Shown here: piece by piece, positions 26,297 through 37,124 of the stretch | Layout of the letters: each line of letters starts with the position of its first letter | Position numbering within the stretch: position 1 is the first letter of the stretch | Assembly: GCA_902766745.1 (NCBI GenBank) | Contig: CACXES010000008.1 | Location: 400 to 64,399 of the forward strand | Direction: 5' to 3' | DNA length: 64,000 bases | Source: an uncultured Ruminococcus sp. | GTDB lineage: Bacteria; Bacillota; Clostridia; Monoglobales; Monoglobaceae | Program-made: the position numbers and the translations under genes | Notes under the pieces: model-generated | The model's input: the letters and a program-made list of their open reading frames with translations, nothing else | Databases searched by the model: none | What the model was told of the DNA's origin: nothing

Positions 26297-27493
26297 TTAT
26301 TGAAACCATTCTTTCATTGTGGTCAGCACCTTGACAAGCTCATCTTCTTTGATGACATAAGGAACCATGGCATACATATAATTCAGGAACGGGCGGCTGA
26401 ACACGCCCCGATCATAGGCGAACTGTTGGTATCCCTTGATTGTGTCGGAATTATATACTTCAATACAGACACAGGCACCCATAATTCGCACCTCTTTTAT
26501 TCTCGGGTCGGAAAAACCGTCCATCTCGCGGCGAGTAATTTCTTCTATTCTGCGTATATTGGACATATAATCCTGTTCCTCGAACACCTCGATGGACTTC
26601 AGTGCTACGCTGCAAGCCAAAGCATTTCCCATAAAGGTGGGACCGTGCATCAAAGCGTGAGAGGGGTTGTCGTCGTAAAAACCCTCATATACCTTGTGAT
26701 TTGCCACAGTGACGGCATGGCCGATATATCCGCCGGTCAATGCCTTTCCGAGGACAAGAATGTCGGGCAAAACCAAGTCGGCAACAAAACGGTTCCCCGT
26801 TCGCCCGAAGCCGGTGGCAACCTCATCAAAGATAAGAAGCACACCGTATCGATCACAAAGCTCTCTGGCGCGCTTCAGGAAAGATACATCATACATTCGC
26901 ATACCGCCGGCACCCTGCAGAAGCGGCTCGACAATGAAGCAGTTTAAACGGTCGTGGTACTCTGCAAATGCCTTCTCCAGTGCTTCGATTTCGGTAGGAA
27001 TATGGATAACATTCTTGCTCTCGCCGTAGGCTTTGAGCACAAAATGATAGTCCTCGTCATCACCGACCTCCATTGTTTTAAAGGTGTCTCCGTGATAGGC
27101 GTGTTCAAGTGCCAAAACCATTGTGCGCCGTGTTTCATCACGGTTCATGTAATATTGCAGAGCCATTTTGAGGGCGACCTCAACGGCAACACTCCCGGAA
27201 TCGGAAAAGAAGCAGTGATCCAAATCCCCGGGAAGCAGGCTTTGAAGCTTGTCTGACAGCCTCTGCACCGGCTCGTGGGTCAGACCGCCCAGCATAACAT
27301 GGGCAAATTTTTCAAGCTGCGATTCAATCGCCCCATTCAGCTCCGGGTGCTTGTAGCCGTGAATCACACTCCACCAGGAGGACACCGAATCAATCAGCTT
27401 TTTGTCTTCGGTATAAAGATAGACACCCTCTGCATCTACAATTTTATAAGGAGATTTCATTGTTTTCATTTGTTCGTACGGATACCAAATCAT
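26297..27493 (-). CDS. bioA: Adenosylmethionine-8-amino-7-oxononanoate aminotransferase
   Basis: IWYPYEQMK...SSWWSVIHGYKHPEL...DEVATGFGRTG motifs; located in the bio operon. Confidence 0.9.
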   Translation of the reverse strand: MIWYPYEQMKTMKSPYKIVDAEGVYLYTEDKKLIDSVSSWWSVIHGYKHPELNGAIESQLEKFAHVMLGGLTHEPVQRLSDKLQSLLPGDLDHCFFSDSGSVAVEVALKMALQYYMNRDETRRTMVLALEHAYHGDTFKTMEVGDDEDYHFVLKAYGESKNVIHIPTEIEALEKAFAEYHDRLNCFIVEPLLQGAGGMRMYDVSFLKRARELCDRYGVLLIFDEVATGFGRTGNRFVADLVLPDILVLGKALTGGYIGHAVTVANHKVYEGFYDDNPSHALMHGPTFMGNALACSVALKSIEVFEEQDYMSNIRRIEEITRREMDGFSDPRIKEVRIMGACVCIEVYNSDTIKGYQQFAYDRGVFSRPFLNYMYAMVPYVIKEDELVKVLTTMKEWFQ

Positions 27494-27524
27494 TTTTTAT
27501 TTCCTCGTTTCTGTTCGTAAAGTT

Positions 27525-28208
27525 CTATTCGTAAAGCCTGTCTAAAGCTTCAAACGGAATATCAAGCTCCGTGTCACCGTCATTAACGCAGGCGACTGCC
27601 TTCAGCCCGGTCATATATTCGCACATAAGCTTGTTGTCCTCGTGAAGTCGATTGCCCGTCACGTAATGATTGAAGATAATACCCTTTGTCGTGATTTTGC
27701 GAGCCTTCATATATTCGTGTGTCAGCACAACCGCATTGATAGTGCCGAGACCGGCATCAGCGATTATAAGGCAGCTCATGCTCCGAGCCGTGATAAAATC
27801 CTCAAGCTGAATTTTTTGTTCATCAAATCGAAGGGGACAGACAATGCCCCCGGAGCCTTCGACCGTAACATAGTCATACCTGCCGCAGACCTCGTCAAAG
27901 CCCTTTAACACCTGTTCCGTTTCCACGGGGTTACCTTCGATTTTCGACGCCAAATGCGGAGAAACGGCTGTTTCGTAAACATAGGGACACATTTCCTCGA
28001 GAGGCTGCTTTATGCCCGAGACATTTTTTACCTGCAAGGCGTCACCCGGAATAAGACTGCCGTCTGTCCGTCTGATGTTTCCGCTCATTGCCGCCTTGTA
28101 ATAGGCGGCATTTTTCCCGTTTTCACGGAGTTTTTTTATAATCAGTCCTGTAACATAGGTCTTTCCTACATCGGTGCCTGTTCCCGTTATAAATAAGTTC
28201 TTACTCAT
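27525..28208 (-). CDS. bioD: Dethiobiotin synthase
   Basis: MSKNLFITGTGTDVGKT P-loop. The start at 28208 overlaps the bioB stop by 8 nt; the track ORF extends to 28238. Confidence 0.9.
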   Translation of the reverse strand: MSKNLFITGTGTDVGKTYVTGLIIKKLRENGKNAAYYKAAMSGNIRRTDGSLIPGDALQVKNVSGIKQPLEEMCPYVYETAVSPHLASKIEGNPVETEQVLKGFDEVCGRYDYVTVEGSGGIVCPLRFDEQKIQLEDFITARSMSCLIIADAGLGTINAVVLTHEYMKARKITTKGIIFNHYVTGNRLHEDNKLMCEYMTGLKAVACVNDGDTELDIPFEALDRLYE

Positions 28209-29172
28209 TATAAAGCCTCGCTTCGTACCCGAGCTCACTCAAAAGCTCCATGTCTGTTTTGGTTGTAATACCTGCGGTTGTCAGCATATCTCCCGAAATT
28301 GCCGCATTTGCGCCGGAGGTAAAGCAGCCCTTGCCCTTATCGGGGAGAAGGCCTCTCCCGCCGGCAAGCCGAATAGAGGCAGAGGGGAGAATGAATCTGT
28401 ATACGGCGACAATCCGCCGCATATCTTCGTCCGTCAGCTTTTCGTTGCTTTCAAACGGAGTGCCGGGGATTGGGTTCAGCATATTCACAGGGACGCTTTT
28501 GATGCCGAGCTCACGGAGAGTGAGAGCCATATCTATTCTGTCCTCAACCGTTTCGCCAAGACCCATAATGCCGCCGCTGCATACCGAAAGCCCGGCCGCC
28601 TGTGCTGCACGAATTGCACAGAGCTTATCATCAAAGGTGTGTGTGGTGCAGATGTTGGGGAAGTTTCTGCGTGAGGTTTCAAGGTTGTTATGCACCCTTG
28701 TCACGCCGGCAGCCTTCAATCTCCGATATTGTTTTTCATTAAGCAGACCGAAGGAGATGCAGACGGAAATACCAACCTTATCTCTGATTTCCCGAACCGC
28801 CTCGCACATTTTATCTACTTCCGCATCCGACAGACGCTTGCCGGAGGTGACGATGGAAAAGCGAAGCACACCCTGATCGTGGTCTGTCTTTGCCTGTGCC
28901 AGAATTTCCTGTTTTGAAAGCAGCGGATATTGTGCTGCACAGGTGTGGCTGTGGGAGGACTGGGCGCAAAACTTGCAGTTTTCCGAACAGCTTCCGCTTT
29001 TGGCATTGATGATCGTGCAGATATCAAATCCGTTTGAGCAAAAGTGACGGCGGATTTCATCAGCACTCTCGCACAGCTCGGAGAGCGGCTGCTCATACAG
29101 GAACATTGCCTCTGCCTTGCTGACCTGCTCACCGTTTAAAACCTTATCGGTCAATATTTTTAAACTCATCAT
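28201..29172 (-). CDS. bioB: Biotin synthase (radical SAM)
   Basis: CSENCKFCAQ radical-SAM cluster motif. The start MMSLKIL at 29172 lies just after the bioY stop; the track ORF extends to 29244. Confidence 0.9.
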   Translation of the reverse strand: MMSLKILTDKVLNGEQVSKAEAMFLYEQPLSELCESADEIRRHFCSNGFDICTIINAKSGSCSENCKFCAQSSHSHTCAAQYPLLSKQEILAQAKTDHDQGVLRFSIVTSGKRLSDAEVDKMCEAVREIRDKVGISVCISFGLLNEKQYRRLKAAGVTRVHNNLETSRRNFPNICTTHTFDDKLCAIRAAQAAGLSVCSGGIMGLGETVEDRIDMALTLRELGIKSVPVNMLNPIPGTPFESNEKLTDEDMRRIVAVYRFILPSASIRLAGGRGLLPDKGKGCFTSGANAAISGDMLTTAGITTKTDMELLSELGYEARLYNE

Positions 29173-29180
29173 TTTATAAA

Positions 29181-29735
29181 TCACGTCCTGTTCTTTTTCA
29201 TAATAGGAATAAGCCTTTTCCCGAGAATTGCTCCGAGGATGCACAGTGCGATGTCACCCGGTACAACCAAGATAAAGCAGTAAAGGAAGAGCGGCCACAG
29301 ACCTATCGGGTCGTTAAGATAGAGATTGCTCATCAGGTAGTAATAGACCATTCCGAATAAATAGACAATCCCAAGACCGATAAAGTTTGCGGCAAGCAAA
29401 CGCTTGTAGCCGGGGTTTGGAACCTTATTGGCAATTACGCCCGTAGCATAGGCTCCGACCGCAAATCCGATTATGTATCCGAAGCTCGGCTTTAATATAT
29501 AGGAAAGACCGCCGCCCTCCGCAAAGACGGGTAAGCCGAAAAGACCCAAGGCTATGTATACCGTGACGGCAACCGCACCGAGCTTGCCTCCGAGCAGAAG
29601 TCCTGCTGTCATGGTGAATAAAACCTGCAAGGTAAAAGGTACAACCGGTATGGGAATCCGAATAAACGCTCCCACGGCGATGAGTGCCACGAAAAGGGCA
29701 CATAAGATTAAATTCTTTGTTTTCATTGAATTCAT
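29181..29735 (-). CDS. bioY: Biotin transporter S-component BioY
   Basis: Six-TM protein with RIPIPVVPFTLQVLF...GGKLG typical of BioY. The start MNSMKTKNL follows a GGGGAG RBS. Confidence 0.85.
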   Translation of the reverse strand: MNSMKTKNLILCALFVALIAVGAFIRIPIPVVPFTLQVLFTMTAGLLLGGKLGAVAVTVYIALGLFGLPVFAEGGGLSYILKPSFGYIIGFAVGAYATGVIANKVPNPGYKRLLAANFIGLGIVYLFGMVYYYLMSNLYLNDPIGLWPLFLYCFILVVPGDIALCILGAILGKRLIPIMKKNRT

Positions 29736-29746
29736 AGCTCCCCTTT

Positions 29747-30721
29747 TTAAAAACGTATACTGATTTCTCCTGATGAATAGCAATTTTCGGTACCGTCATC
29801 ATGCTTTACCAGTAGGCGGCACTGATCGTCTATCCCGAGGACGACAGCACTTTTGGATTCATTGGCGGATATTAAGTTGACCTGTCTGCCGATAACGAGG
29901 CTGCGGCTTCGGTACTGCTCAACATAATCAGCCTGACAGGGTGCGGTGTAATATCCGTAGAAGCGGTTCAGAAATTGTGAAACAAAGCGGTTCTTTGCAT
30001 CACTCTGAGGTGCTTGAAAAACAGAACCGGCAATGTCCTTGAGCTCCTCGGGAAAACCGCCCTCCGGTTCGTAAATATTAACTCCGATTCCCAGTACGGC
30101 ATATTCCAAAAGACCGCTTTCAAGGCCGAAGGAACCCTCTGTCAAAATTCCGCAAACCTTTTTTCTGCGAACAAAAATATCATTTACCCACTTGATTTCC
30201 GCCCTCTCGCCGGATATTTCCTCGACGGCTTCGCATACTGCCACAGCGGCCATCGTGGTGATTCGAACGGACTGCTCCGCAGAATAATCGCTCGGACGAA
30301 GCAGTAAGCTCATATATACGCCCGTGCCTTTGGGCGAAAAGAAGCTGCGCCCGATTCTGCCGCGACCGGAGGTCTGCTCGTTGGCAATAATCATAGACCA
30401 TTCTGCCGCACCGTCATTCGCCTTGTCGCGGACAAGGGAATTGCTTGAAGATACCTTAGGGAGAACCGAGATATCCATACCCTCAAGCTCGGAACGCAGG
30501 TATTTTTTAATCCCCTGAGCGGACAGAATGTCAGTTTTATCGGATAGACAGTATCCCTTATTTGTCACTGCGTCTATGGCATACCCGTCATTTTGCAGTG
30601 ATTTGACCGCCTTCCAGACTGCGCCTCGGGATACGTCCAGCTTCTGAGCAATATCCTCACCGGAAAAGTAAATATTTCTGTTTTCTTCAAATAATTTTAT
30701 TATCTTTTCCTTTGTTGTCAT
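29747..30721 (-). CDS. birA: Bifunctional biotin-[acetyl-CoA-carboxylase] ligase / biotin operon repressor
   Basis: N-terminal winged HTH ([29 protein letters not shown]). Ligase motif GRGRIGRSF. First gene of the operon. Confidence 0.9.
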   Translation of the reverse strand: MTTKEKIIKLFEENRNIYFSGEDIAQKLDVSRGAVWKAVKSLQNDGYAIDAVTNKGYCLSDKTDILSAQGIKKYLRSELEGMDISVLPKVSSSNSLVRDKANDGAAEWSMIIANEQTSGRGRIGRSFFSPKGTGVYMSLLLRPSDYSAEQSVRITTMAAVAVCEAVEEISGERAEIKWVNDIFVRRKKVCGILTEGSFGLESGLLEYAVLGIGVNIYEPEGGFPEELKDIAGSVFQAPQSDAKNRFVSQFLNRFYGYYTAPCQADYVEQYRSRSLVIGRQVNLISANESKSAVVLGIDDQCRLLVKHDDGTENCYSSGEISIRF

Positions 30722-30765
30722 ATTTTCACCTCTCTTGCGGAAATCAGTATATCATAAAGTTGGTA

Positions 30766-30801
30766 AATTGTCAACCTATATTTTATAATCGGTTGACAAT
30801 T
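30766..30801. promoter_or_regulatory. BirA operator: AATTGTCAACC-N14-GGTTGACAATT
   Basis: Perfect 11-bp inverted arms with a 14-nt AT spacer, 45 nt upstream of birA. This matches the TGTnAAC-N14-16-GTTnACA type of BirA site known in Firmicutes. Confidence 0.75.
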
Positions 30802-30963
30802 TGCTGCGTGAAAATAAATAATAAATTGCCTGAATTTTACTTGACAAAAATGCTTCGCTGTGGTATTATAATCGTTAGTAACCTGAAACGCAGAGCATGG
30901 GGTACACATTCACCGCCCTGTTCCGGGTTTCACGGGGATAAAATATACGGAGGTGAAACAGCA

Positions 30964-31227
30964 ATGGATAAGGAGACAAAGCAGGAGATTATCAAGAAGT
31001 ATGCCACTCACGAAGGTGATACAGGCTCGCCTGAGGTTCAGATTGCAATTCTTACTTACAGAATCAATCACTTGAATGAGCATCTCAAGGATCACAAAAA
31101 GGATCACCACTCAAGACGCGGCTTGCTTAAGATGGTCGGCGTAAGACGCAGATTTTTAAGCTATCTTGCTGAAAAGGATATCGAAAGATATCGTGCTATT
31201 GTTGAGAAGTTAGGTCTCAGACACTAA
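30964..31227 (+). CDS. rpsO: 30S ribosomal protein S15
   Basis: [42 protein letters not shown]...; 87 aa. The track ORF 30712.. is an upstream extension. Confidence 0.95.
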   Translation: MDKETKQEIIKKYATHEGDTGSPEVQIAILTYRINHLNEHLKDHKKDHHSRRGLLKMVGVRRRFLSYLAEKDIERYRAIVEKLGLRH

Positions 31228-31238
31228 AATGCACATTT

Positions 31239-31266
31239 GGGCAGCCTTTTTTCGGCTGCCCTTTTG
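31239..31266 (+). terminator. Intrinsic terminator/attenuator after rpsO
   Basis: GGGCAGCC-ttttttc-GGCTGCCC followed by TTTT. Confidence 0.7.
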
Positions 31267-31398
31267 ACATTTGCTATGCGGACTGCGGGCAGAGTTTGAT
31301 TTTAGCAGTTAAAAGCATGCACCCGATATGGTGCCTGCTTTTAAGTGCTAAGGCAAACCTCCCGTATCTGAATTATTTATTTTTAAGGAGGTAATCTT

Positions 31399-33489
31399 AT
31401 GTCTAAAATTTATGAAACAGAGGTGGCGGGCAGAAAGCTGTCTCTCGAATTCGGAAAGGTTGCGGAATTGGCAAACGGTTCTGTTTTGGTGCGCTACGGC
31501 GATACGGTCGTGGTTACCGCCGCAACAGCGTCGGACAAGCCCCGTGACGGTATTGACTTCTTTCCGCTCAGTATTGACTATGAAGAAAAAATGTATGCGG
31601 TCGGAAAGATTCCGGGCGGCTTTACACGCCGTGAGGGCAGACCGTCCGAAAATGCAATTCTCACATCAAGGGTAATCGACAGACCTATGCGTCCGCTCTT
31701 CCCGAAGGATCTCAGAAACGACGTGTCCATCGTGTCCACCGTACTCTCGGTTGAACAGGACAATGCGCCCGAATTCTGTGCGATGATAGGCTCATCCGCA
31801 GCTGTGTGTGTATCTGATATTCCGTTTAACGGCCCTATCGCATCGGTTTATGTTGGACTGGTTGACGGCGAGTTTGTTATTAACCCCACCGAGGCGCAGA
31901 GAGAGGTCAGCGATATGAACCTCACCGTTGCCGGAAGCATGAAGAAGGTTGTTATGATTGAGGCGGGTGCCAATGAGGTGCCTGAGGATGTTATGTACAA
32001 TGCAATCATGTTTGCCCATGAAGAGATCAAAAAGCTTTGCACATTTATAGGCGAAATTCAGGCTGAAATAGGTAAGCCCAAGTTTGAATACGAGCATATG
32101 GTTGTAGATGAGGTGCTGTTTGCCGATATAAAGGGCTATGCCGAGGACGCGGTAAAGCAGGCTATGGATACGGACGATAAGACTGTTCGTGATGCACGTC
32201 TTGCCGTTGTATATGAGGATGTTTACACCCATTTTGAAGAAAAGTATCCCATAGAGGAATTTCAGGGACAGATAGACGAAGCACTCTATAAGCTTCAGAA
32301 AACCGTTGTCAGAAACTGGCTTATGTATGACAAGAAGCGTGTTGACGGCAGAGGAATCCTTGAGATTCGTCCCCTTTCGGCGGAGGTTGGGCTTCTGCCG
32401 AGAACTCACGGAAGCGCACTGTTCAGCAGAGGTCAGACCCAGGTTATGACCGTTGCGACTCTCGGCTCTTTGGACGATGCAAAAATAATTGACGGTTTGG
32501 ATAACGAGGAGTACAGAAGATATCTGCATCACTATAACTTCCCGTCCTTCAGTGTAGGCGAGACCCGTCCTTCAAGAGGACCCGGCCGCCGTGAAATCGG
32601 TCATGGTGCCCTGGCGGAGAGGGCTTTGGTTCCCGTGCTTCCGTCCGAGGAGGAGTTCCCATACGCAATTCGTCTGGTGTCTGAGGTGCTAAGCTCAAAC
32701 GGTTCAACCTCACAGGGCAGCGTCTGCGGAAGTACGCTTGCGCTTATGGATGCAGGTGTTCCGATTAAGGCTCCGGTTGCAGGTATTTCGGTCGGCTTGA
32801 TTACGGACCCCGAGAACGAAGACGACTTCCTTACAATGGTTGATATTCAGGGGGTTGAGGACTTCTTCGGCGATATGGATTTTAAGGTTGCGGGCACCAA
32901 GAAGGGTATCACTGCTATACAGATGGATTTGAAGATTGACGGACTTACACCGGAGATTATCAGAACGGCTCTGGAGCAGACAAAGAATGCGAGATTCTAT
33001 ATCCTCGATGAGGTTATGCTGAAGGCAATCCCCGAGCCGAGAGAAGAGATTTCGCCTTATGCGCCCAAGATAATCAATATGACTATTCCGGTAGACAAAA
33101 TCCGTGAGGTTATCGGCAGCGGCGGTAAGGTTATCCAGGGAATCCAGGCGGATACCGATTCCAAAATCAGCATAGAAGAGGACGGCAGAGTTTATATTGC
33201 CGCAGTTAATCCCGAGTCGGGCGAGGCTGCAAGGCGCATGATCGAAAATATTATAAAGGAGCCGGAGGTCGGCGAAATATATACAGGTAAGGTTGTAAGC
33301 GTGCTTGACTTCGGTGCGTTTGTAAATATTCTGCCGGGTAAGGACGGCTTGATTCACATTTCAAAGCTTTCTCGCAAGAGAGTCGATAAGGTGACGGACG
33401 TTGTAAACGAGGGTGATACCGTTACGGTTGAGATAATCGAGATAGACGAAAAAAAGGGCAGAATTAATTTGAGAAGAATAGAAGACTGA
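31399..33489 (+). CDS. pnp: Polyribonucleotide nucleotidyltransferase (PNPase)
   Basis: 696 aa with two RNase PH domains, KH and S1 (GEIYTGKVVSVLDFGAFVNILPGKDGLIHISKL). Classic rpsO-pnp synteny. Confidence 0.96.
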   Translation: MSKIYETEVAGRKLSLEFGKVAELANGSVLVRYGDTVVVTAATASDKPRDGIDFFPLSIDYEEKMYAVGKIPGGFTRREGRPSENAILTSRVIDRPMRPLFPKDLRNDVSIVSTVLSVEQDNAPEFCAMIGSSAAVCVSDIPFNGPIASVYVGLVDGEFVINPTEAQREVSDMNLTVAGSMKKVVMIEAGANEVPEDVMYNAIMFAHEEIKKLCTFIGEIQAEIGKPKFEYEHMVVDEVLFADIKGYAEDAVKQAMDTDDKTVRDARLAVVYEDVYTHFEEKYPIEEFQGQIDEALYKLQKTVVRNWLMYDKKRVDGRGILEIRPLSAEVGLLPRTHGSALFSRGQTQVMTVATLGSLDDAKIIDGLDNEEYRRYLHHYNFPSFSVGETRPSRGPGRREIGHGALAERALVPVLPSEEEFPYAIRLVSEVLSSNGSTSQGSVCGSTLALMDAGVPIKAPVAGISVGLITDPENEDDFLTMVDIQGVEDFFGDMDFKVAGTKKGITAIQMDLKIDGLTPEIIRTALEQTKNARFYILDEVMLKAIPEPREEISPYAPKIINMTIPVDKIREVIGSGGKVIQGIQADTDSKISIEEDGRVYIAAVNPESGEAARRMIENIIKEPEVGEIYTGKVVSVLDFGAFVNILPGKDGLIHISKLSRKRVDKVTDVVNEGDTVTVEIIEIDEKKGRINLRRIED

Positions 33490-33494
33490 TGAAA

Positions 33495-33543
33495 ACGGCA
33501 CACAGATGAGCTTTAAATCCTCATCTGTGTGCCGTCTTTTTTG
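33495..33543 (+). terminator. Intrinsic terminator after pnp
   Basis: 16-bp stem ACGGCACACAGATGAG/CTCATCTGTGTGCCGT followed by CTTTTTT. Confidence 0.85.
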
Positions 33544-33689
33544 TGAATTTTATTTTGTTTGTATAAATCTCCCCCGCCGTCTGCCTGCGGCAGAAGCCGG
33601 ATAAGCTGCAATGCTTTGTTATGTCGGTATAACCGTTTGCATCATTTGCGTTTTCGGGTGAATAAAAATTTGAATTTAAGGCAAAATAA

Positions 33690-35048
<1,359 letters not shown>

Positions 35049-35078
35049 AGACAAAGAAATATAAAACCTGTGAATATT

Positions 35079-35113
35079 AAAAGGCTGCGGCTAAACTGCC
35101 GCAGCCTTTGTTG
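35079..35113. terminator. Bidirectional terminator between the convergent eno and rnj genes
   Basis: AAAAGGCTGCGG-ctaaact-GCCGCAGCCTTTGTTGTT. Confidence 0.7.
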
Positions 35114-36781
35114 TTATACCTCCATGATAATAGGTAAAAGCATGGGACGACGCTTTGTCTTTGAATATAGGTACGAACCGACATCGTTTTTAATTCTTGT
35201 TTTAAGAGTTGTCCAGTTAAGATTGGAGCCTGTTGTACATTGATCAACTATATCGGCGGTCAGGGTGCGTATGGATTCCATCAAGTCCTCCGATTCTCTG
35301 ACATACACAAATCCGCGGGAGATGATATCCGGGCCGGAAACACATTCGCCGGTTAGCTTGTCAATAGAGATAACGGCGATAATAATTCCGTCCTCCGCCA
35401 GGTGCTTTCTGTCTCTGAGTACAATGTTTCCGACGTCACCGACGCCGAGACCGTCAACGAGAACCTTCCCGGAGGGAACACTTCCGACGAATTTTGCGGA
35501 TTTTTCGGACAGCTCAATAATCTTGCCTATATCCGATATAAATATATTTTTGGGATTCATCCCGGTTTGCAGAGCCAAATCCTTGTGCCTGCACAAGTGT
35601 CGGTATTCGCCGTGCACGGGTATGAAGTACTTCGGCTTTGCCAGTGCAATGATCATTCTTTGCTCCTGCTGACAGGCGTGGCCGGAAACGTGAACGTTAT
35701 CCTGACGCTCATGTACGACCTCGGCACCGTGCTTCAAAAGCTCGTTCACCACGTTCGAAACGGTTTTCTCGTTTCCGGGAATCGGACTTGCCGAGATAAT
35801 GACCATGTCGGTCGGCTCGATATTGATCTTTTTGTGAATGGAAAACGCCATACGGGTAAGAGCGGACATGGATTCGCCTTGGCTGCCGGTAGTGATGATT
35901 ACCAGCTTTTCCTTCGGATACCTGTCTATTTCGTCAAGGTCAATGAGCGTGTTTTTCGGAATGTTCATATAGCCAAGCTCTATTGCCGCATTCAAGACGT
36001 TAACCATGCTGCGCCCCGATACGGCAACCTTTCTGCCGTGCTGATAAGCCGCATTTACAATCTGCTGCACCCTATGTACGTTGGATGCAAAGGTTGCAAC
36101 AATGATGCGCTTGTCCGTTGCCTTGTCGAAAAGGTTTTCAAAGGTTGAGCCGATGGATTTTTCACTCATAGTGAAGCCGGGCCTGTCGGCGTTTGTGCTG
36201 TCGGACATAAGGGCGAGAATCCCCTCCTTGCCAAGCTCGCCTATACGAGCAAGGTCGATCATTTCGCCCTCGATGGGGGTCGGGTCGATTTTAAAGTCGC
36301 CCGTGTGCAGAATTATTCCTGCCGGTGTGTGCAGAGCGATTGCCACCGCATCGGCAATGGAATGGTTTGTGTGTATAAATTCCGCGTTAAAGCATCCGAG
36401 CCTTACGGACTCGCCGGCTTCAACATTGTTGAGCTTTGACGAGCTGAGTATTCCGTGCTCCTTAAGCTTATTTCGCAGAATCCCGAGGGTCAGGCGTGTG
36501 CCGTAGACCGGCACGTTTATCTCCTTTAAAACATAAGGGAGAGCACCGATATGATCTTCGTGCCCGTGGGTTAAGACGATTCCGCGGATTTTGCTCCGTA
36601 TCTTATGCAGGTACGTTATGTCGGGAATGACACAGTCAATGCCGGGCATATCGTCATCCGGAAATGCCATTCCGCAGTCGAGTATTATCGCATCGTTTCC
36701 GCATTCGAAAATGTTCATATTTTTGCCTATTTCATTTAAGCCGCCAAGTGGTATCCACCTGATTTTTTCGATTTTCTTCAA
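35114..36781 (-). CDS. rnj: Ribonuclease J
   Basis: Metallo-beta-lactamase motif LTHGHEDHIGALP; beta-CASP region and C-terminal domain; 555 aa. TTG start 8 nt after GGAGG. Confidence 0.93.
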   Translation of the reverse strand: MKKIEKIRWIPLGGLNEIGKNMNIFECGNDAIILDCGMAFPDDDMPGIDCVIPDITYLHKIRSKIRGIVLTHGHEDHIGALPYVLKEINVPVYGTRLTLGILRNKLKEHGILSSSKLNNVEAGESVRLGCFNAEFIHTNHSIADAVAIALHTPAGIILHTGDFKIDPTPIEGEMIDLARIGELGKEGILALMSDSTNADRPGFTMSEKSIGSTFENLFDKATDKRIIVATFASNVHRVQQIVNAAYQHGRKVAVSGRSMVNVLNAAIELGYMNIPKNTLIDLDEIDRYPKEKLVIITTGSQGESMSALTRMAFSIHKKINIEPTDMVIISASPIPGNEKTVSNVVNELLKHGAEVVHERQDNVHVSGHACQQEQRMIIALAKPKYFIPVHGEYRHLCRHKDLALQTGMNPKNIFISDIGKIIELSEKSAKFVGSVPSGKVLVDGLGVGDVGNIVLRDRKHLAEDGIIIAVISIDKLTGECVSGPDIISRGFVYVRESEDLMESIRTLTADIVDQCTTGSNLNWTTLKTRIKNDVGSYLYSKTKRRPMLLPIIMEV

Positions 36782-36795
36782 TATTATACCTCCGT

Positions 36796-36829
36796 TATAG
36801 TTAGTGTTTTAGTATAGTTAGTGTTTTAG
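36796..36829. repeat. Perfect tandem duplication of a 17-mer (TATAGTTAGTGTTTTAG x2) in the rnj 5' leader
   Basis: Copies at 36796-36812 and 36813-36829 are identical and lie immediately 5' of the rnj RBS on the mRNA strand. Confidence 0.9.
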
Positions 36830-36954
36830 AATTTTCGTCAACAAAAATAATCGGAGAAGCGTCAGCCGCCTCCAATATTTTTATTAAATTAGTCCGCTCA
36901 TTCATATAAAAATATCCCGTTGGGATTAAAAATGTGGCAATAAACCTGCGCATA

Positions 36955-37070
36955 TAATCTAAGTGCAGATGTATCCCGCCTCTAAGTCGAGTCGCATTTC
37001 AGAATTTCAGTGAGATATTAAAACTCCGACTGAAATTCTGAGGAGCTGTCGCTCTGCGTTGCTCCGGTTT
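36955..37070 (+). repeat. Intergenic repeat family E1, copy A (short form)
   Basis: TAATCTAAGTGCAGATG...CATTTCAGAATTTCAGTGAGAT..ACTCCGACTGAAATTCTGAGGAGCTGTCGCTCTGCGTTGCTCCGGTTT aligns with copies B and C. It contains a perfect 13-bp stem TCAGAATTTCAGT/ACTGAAATTCTGA. Confidence 0.8.
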
Positions 37071-37124
37071 GCTTTAGGCAATTGCCGTGTCCGAACAAAT
37101 TCCGCTTTTTATATTATACACTAT

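Noticed and set aside
30712-30963. N-terminal 84-aa extension of the rpsO track ORF
   Set aside because: The extension covers the birA promoter/operator region. S15 begins at the ATG at 30964 ([10 protein letters not shown]...), giving the normal 87-aa protein.
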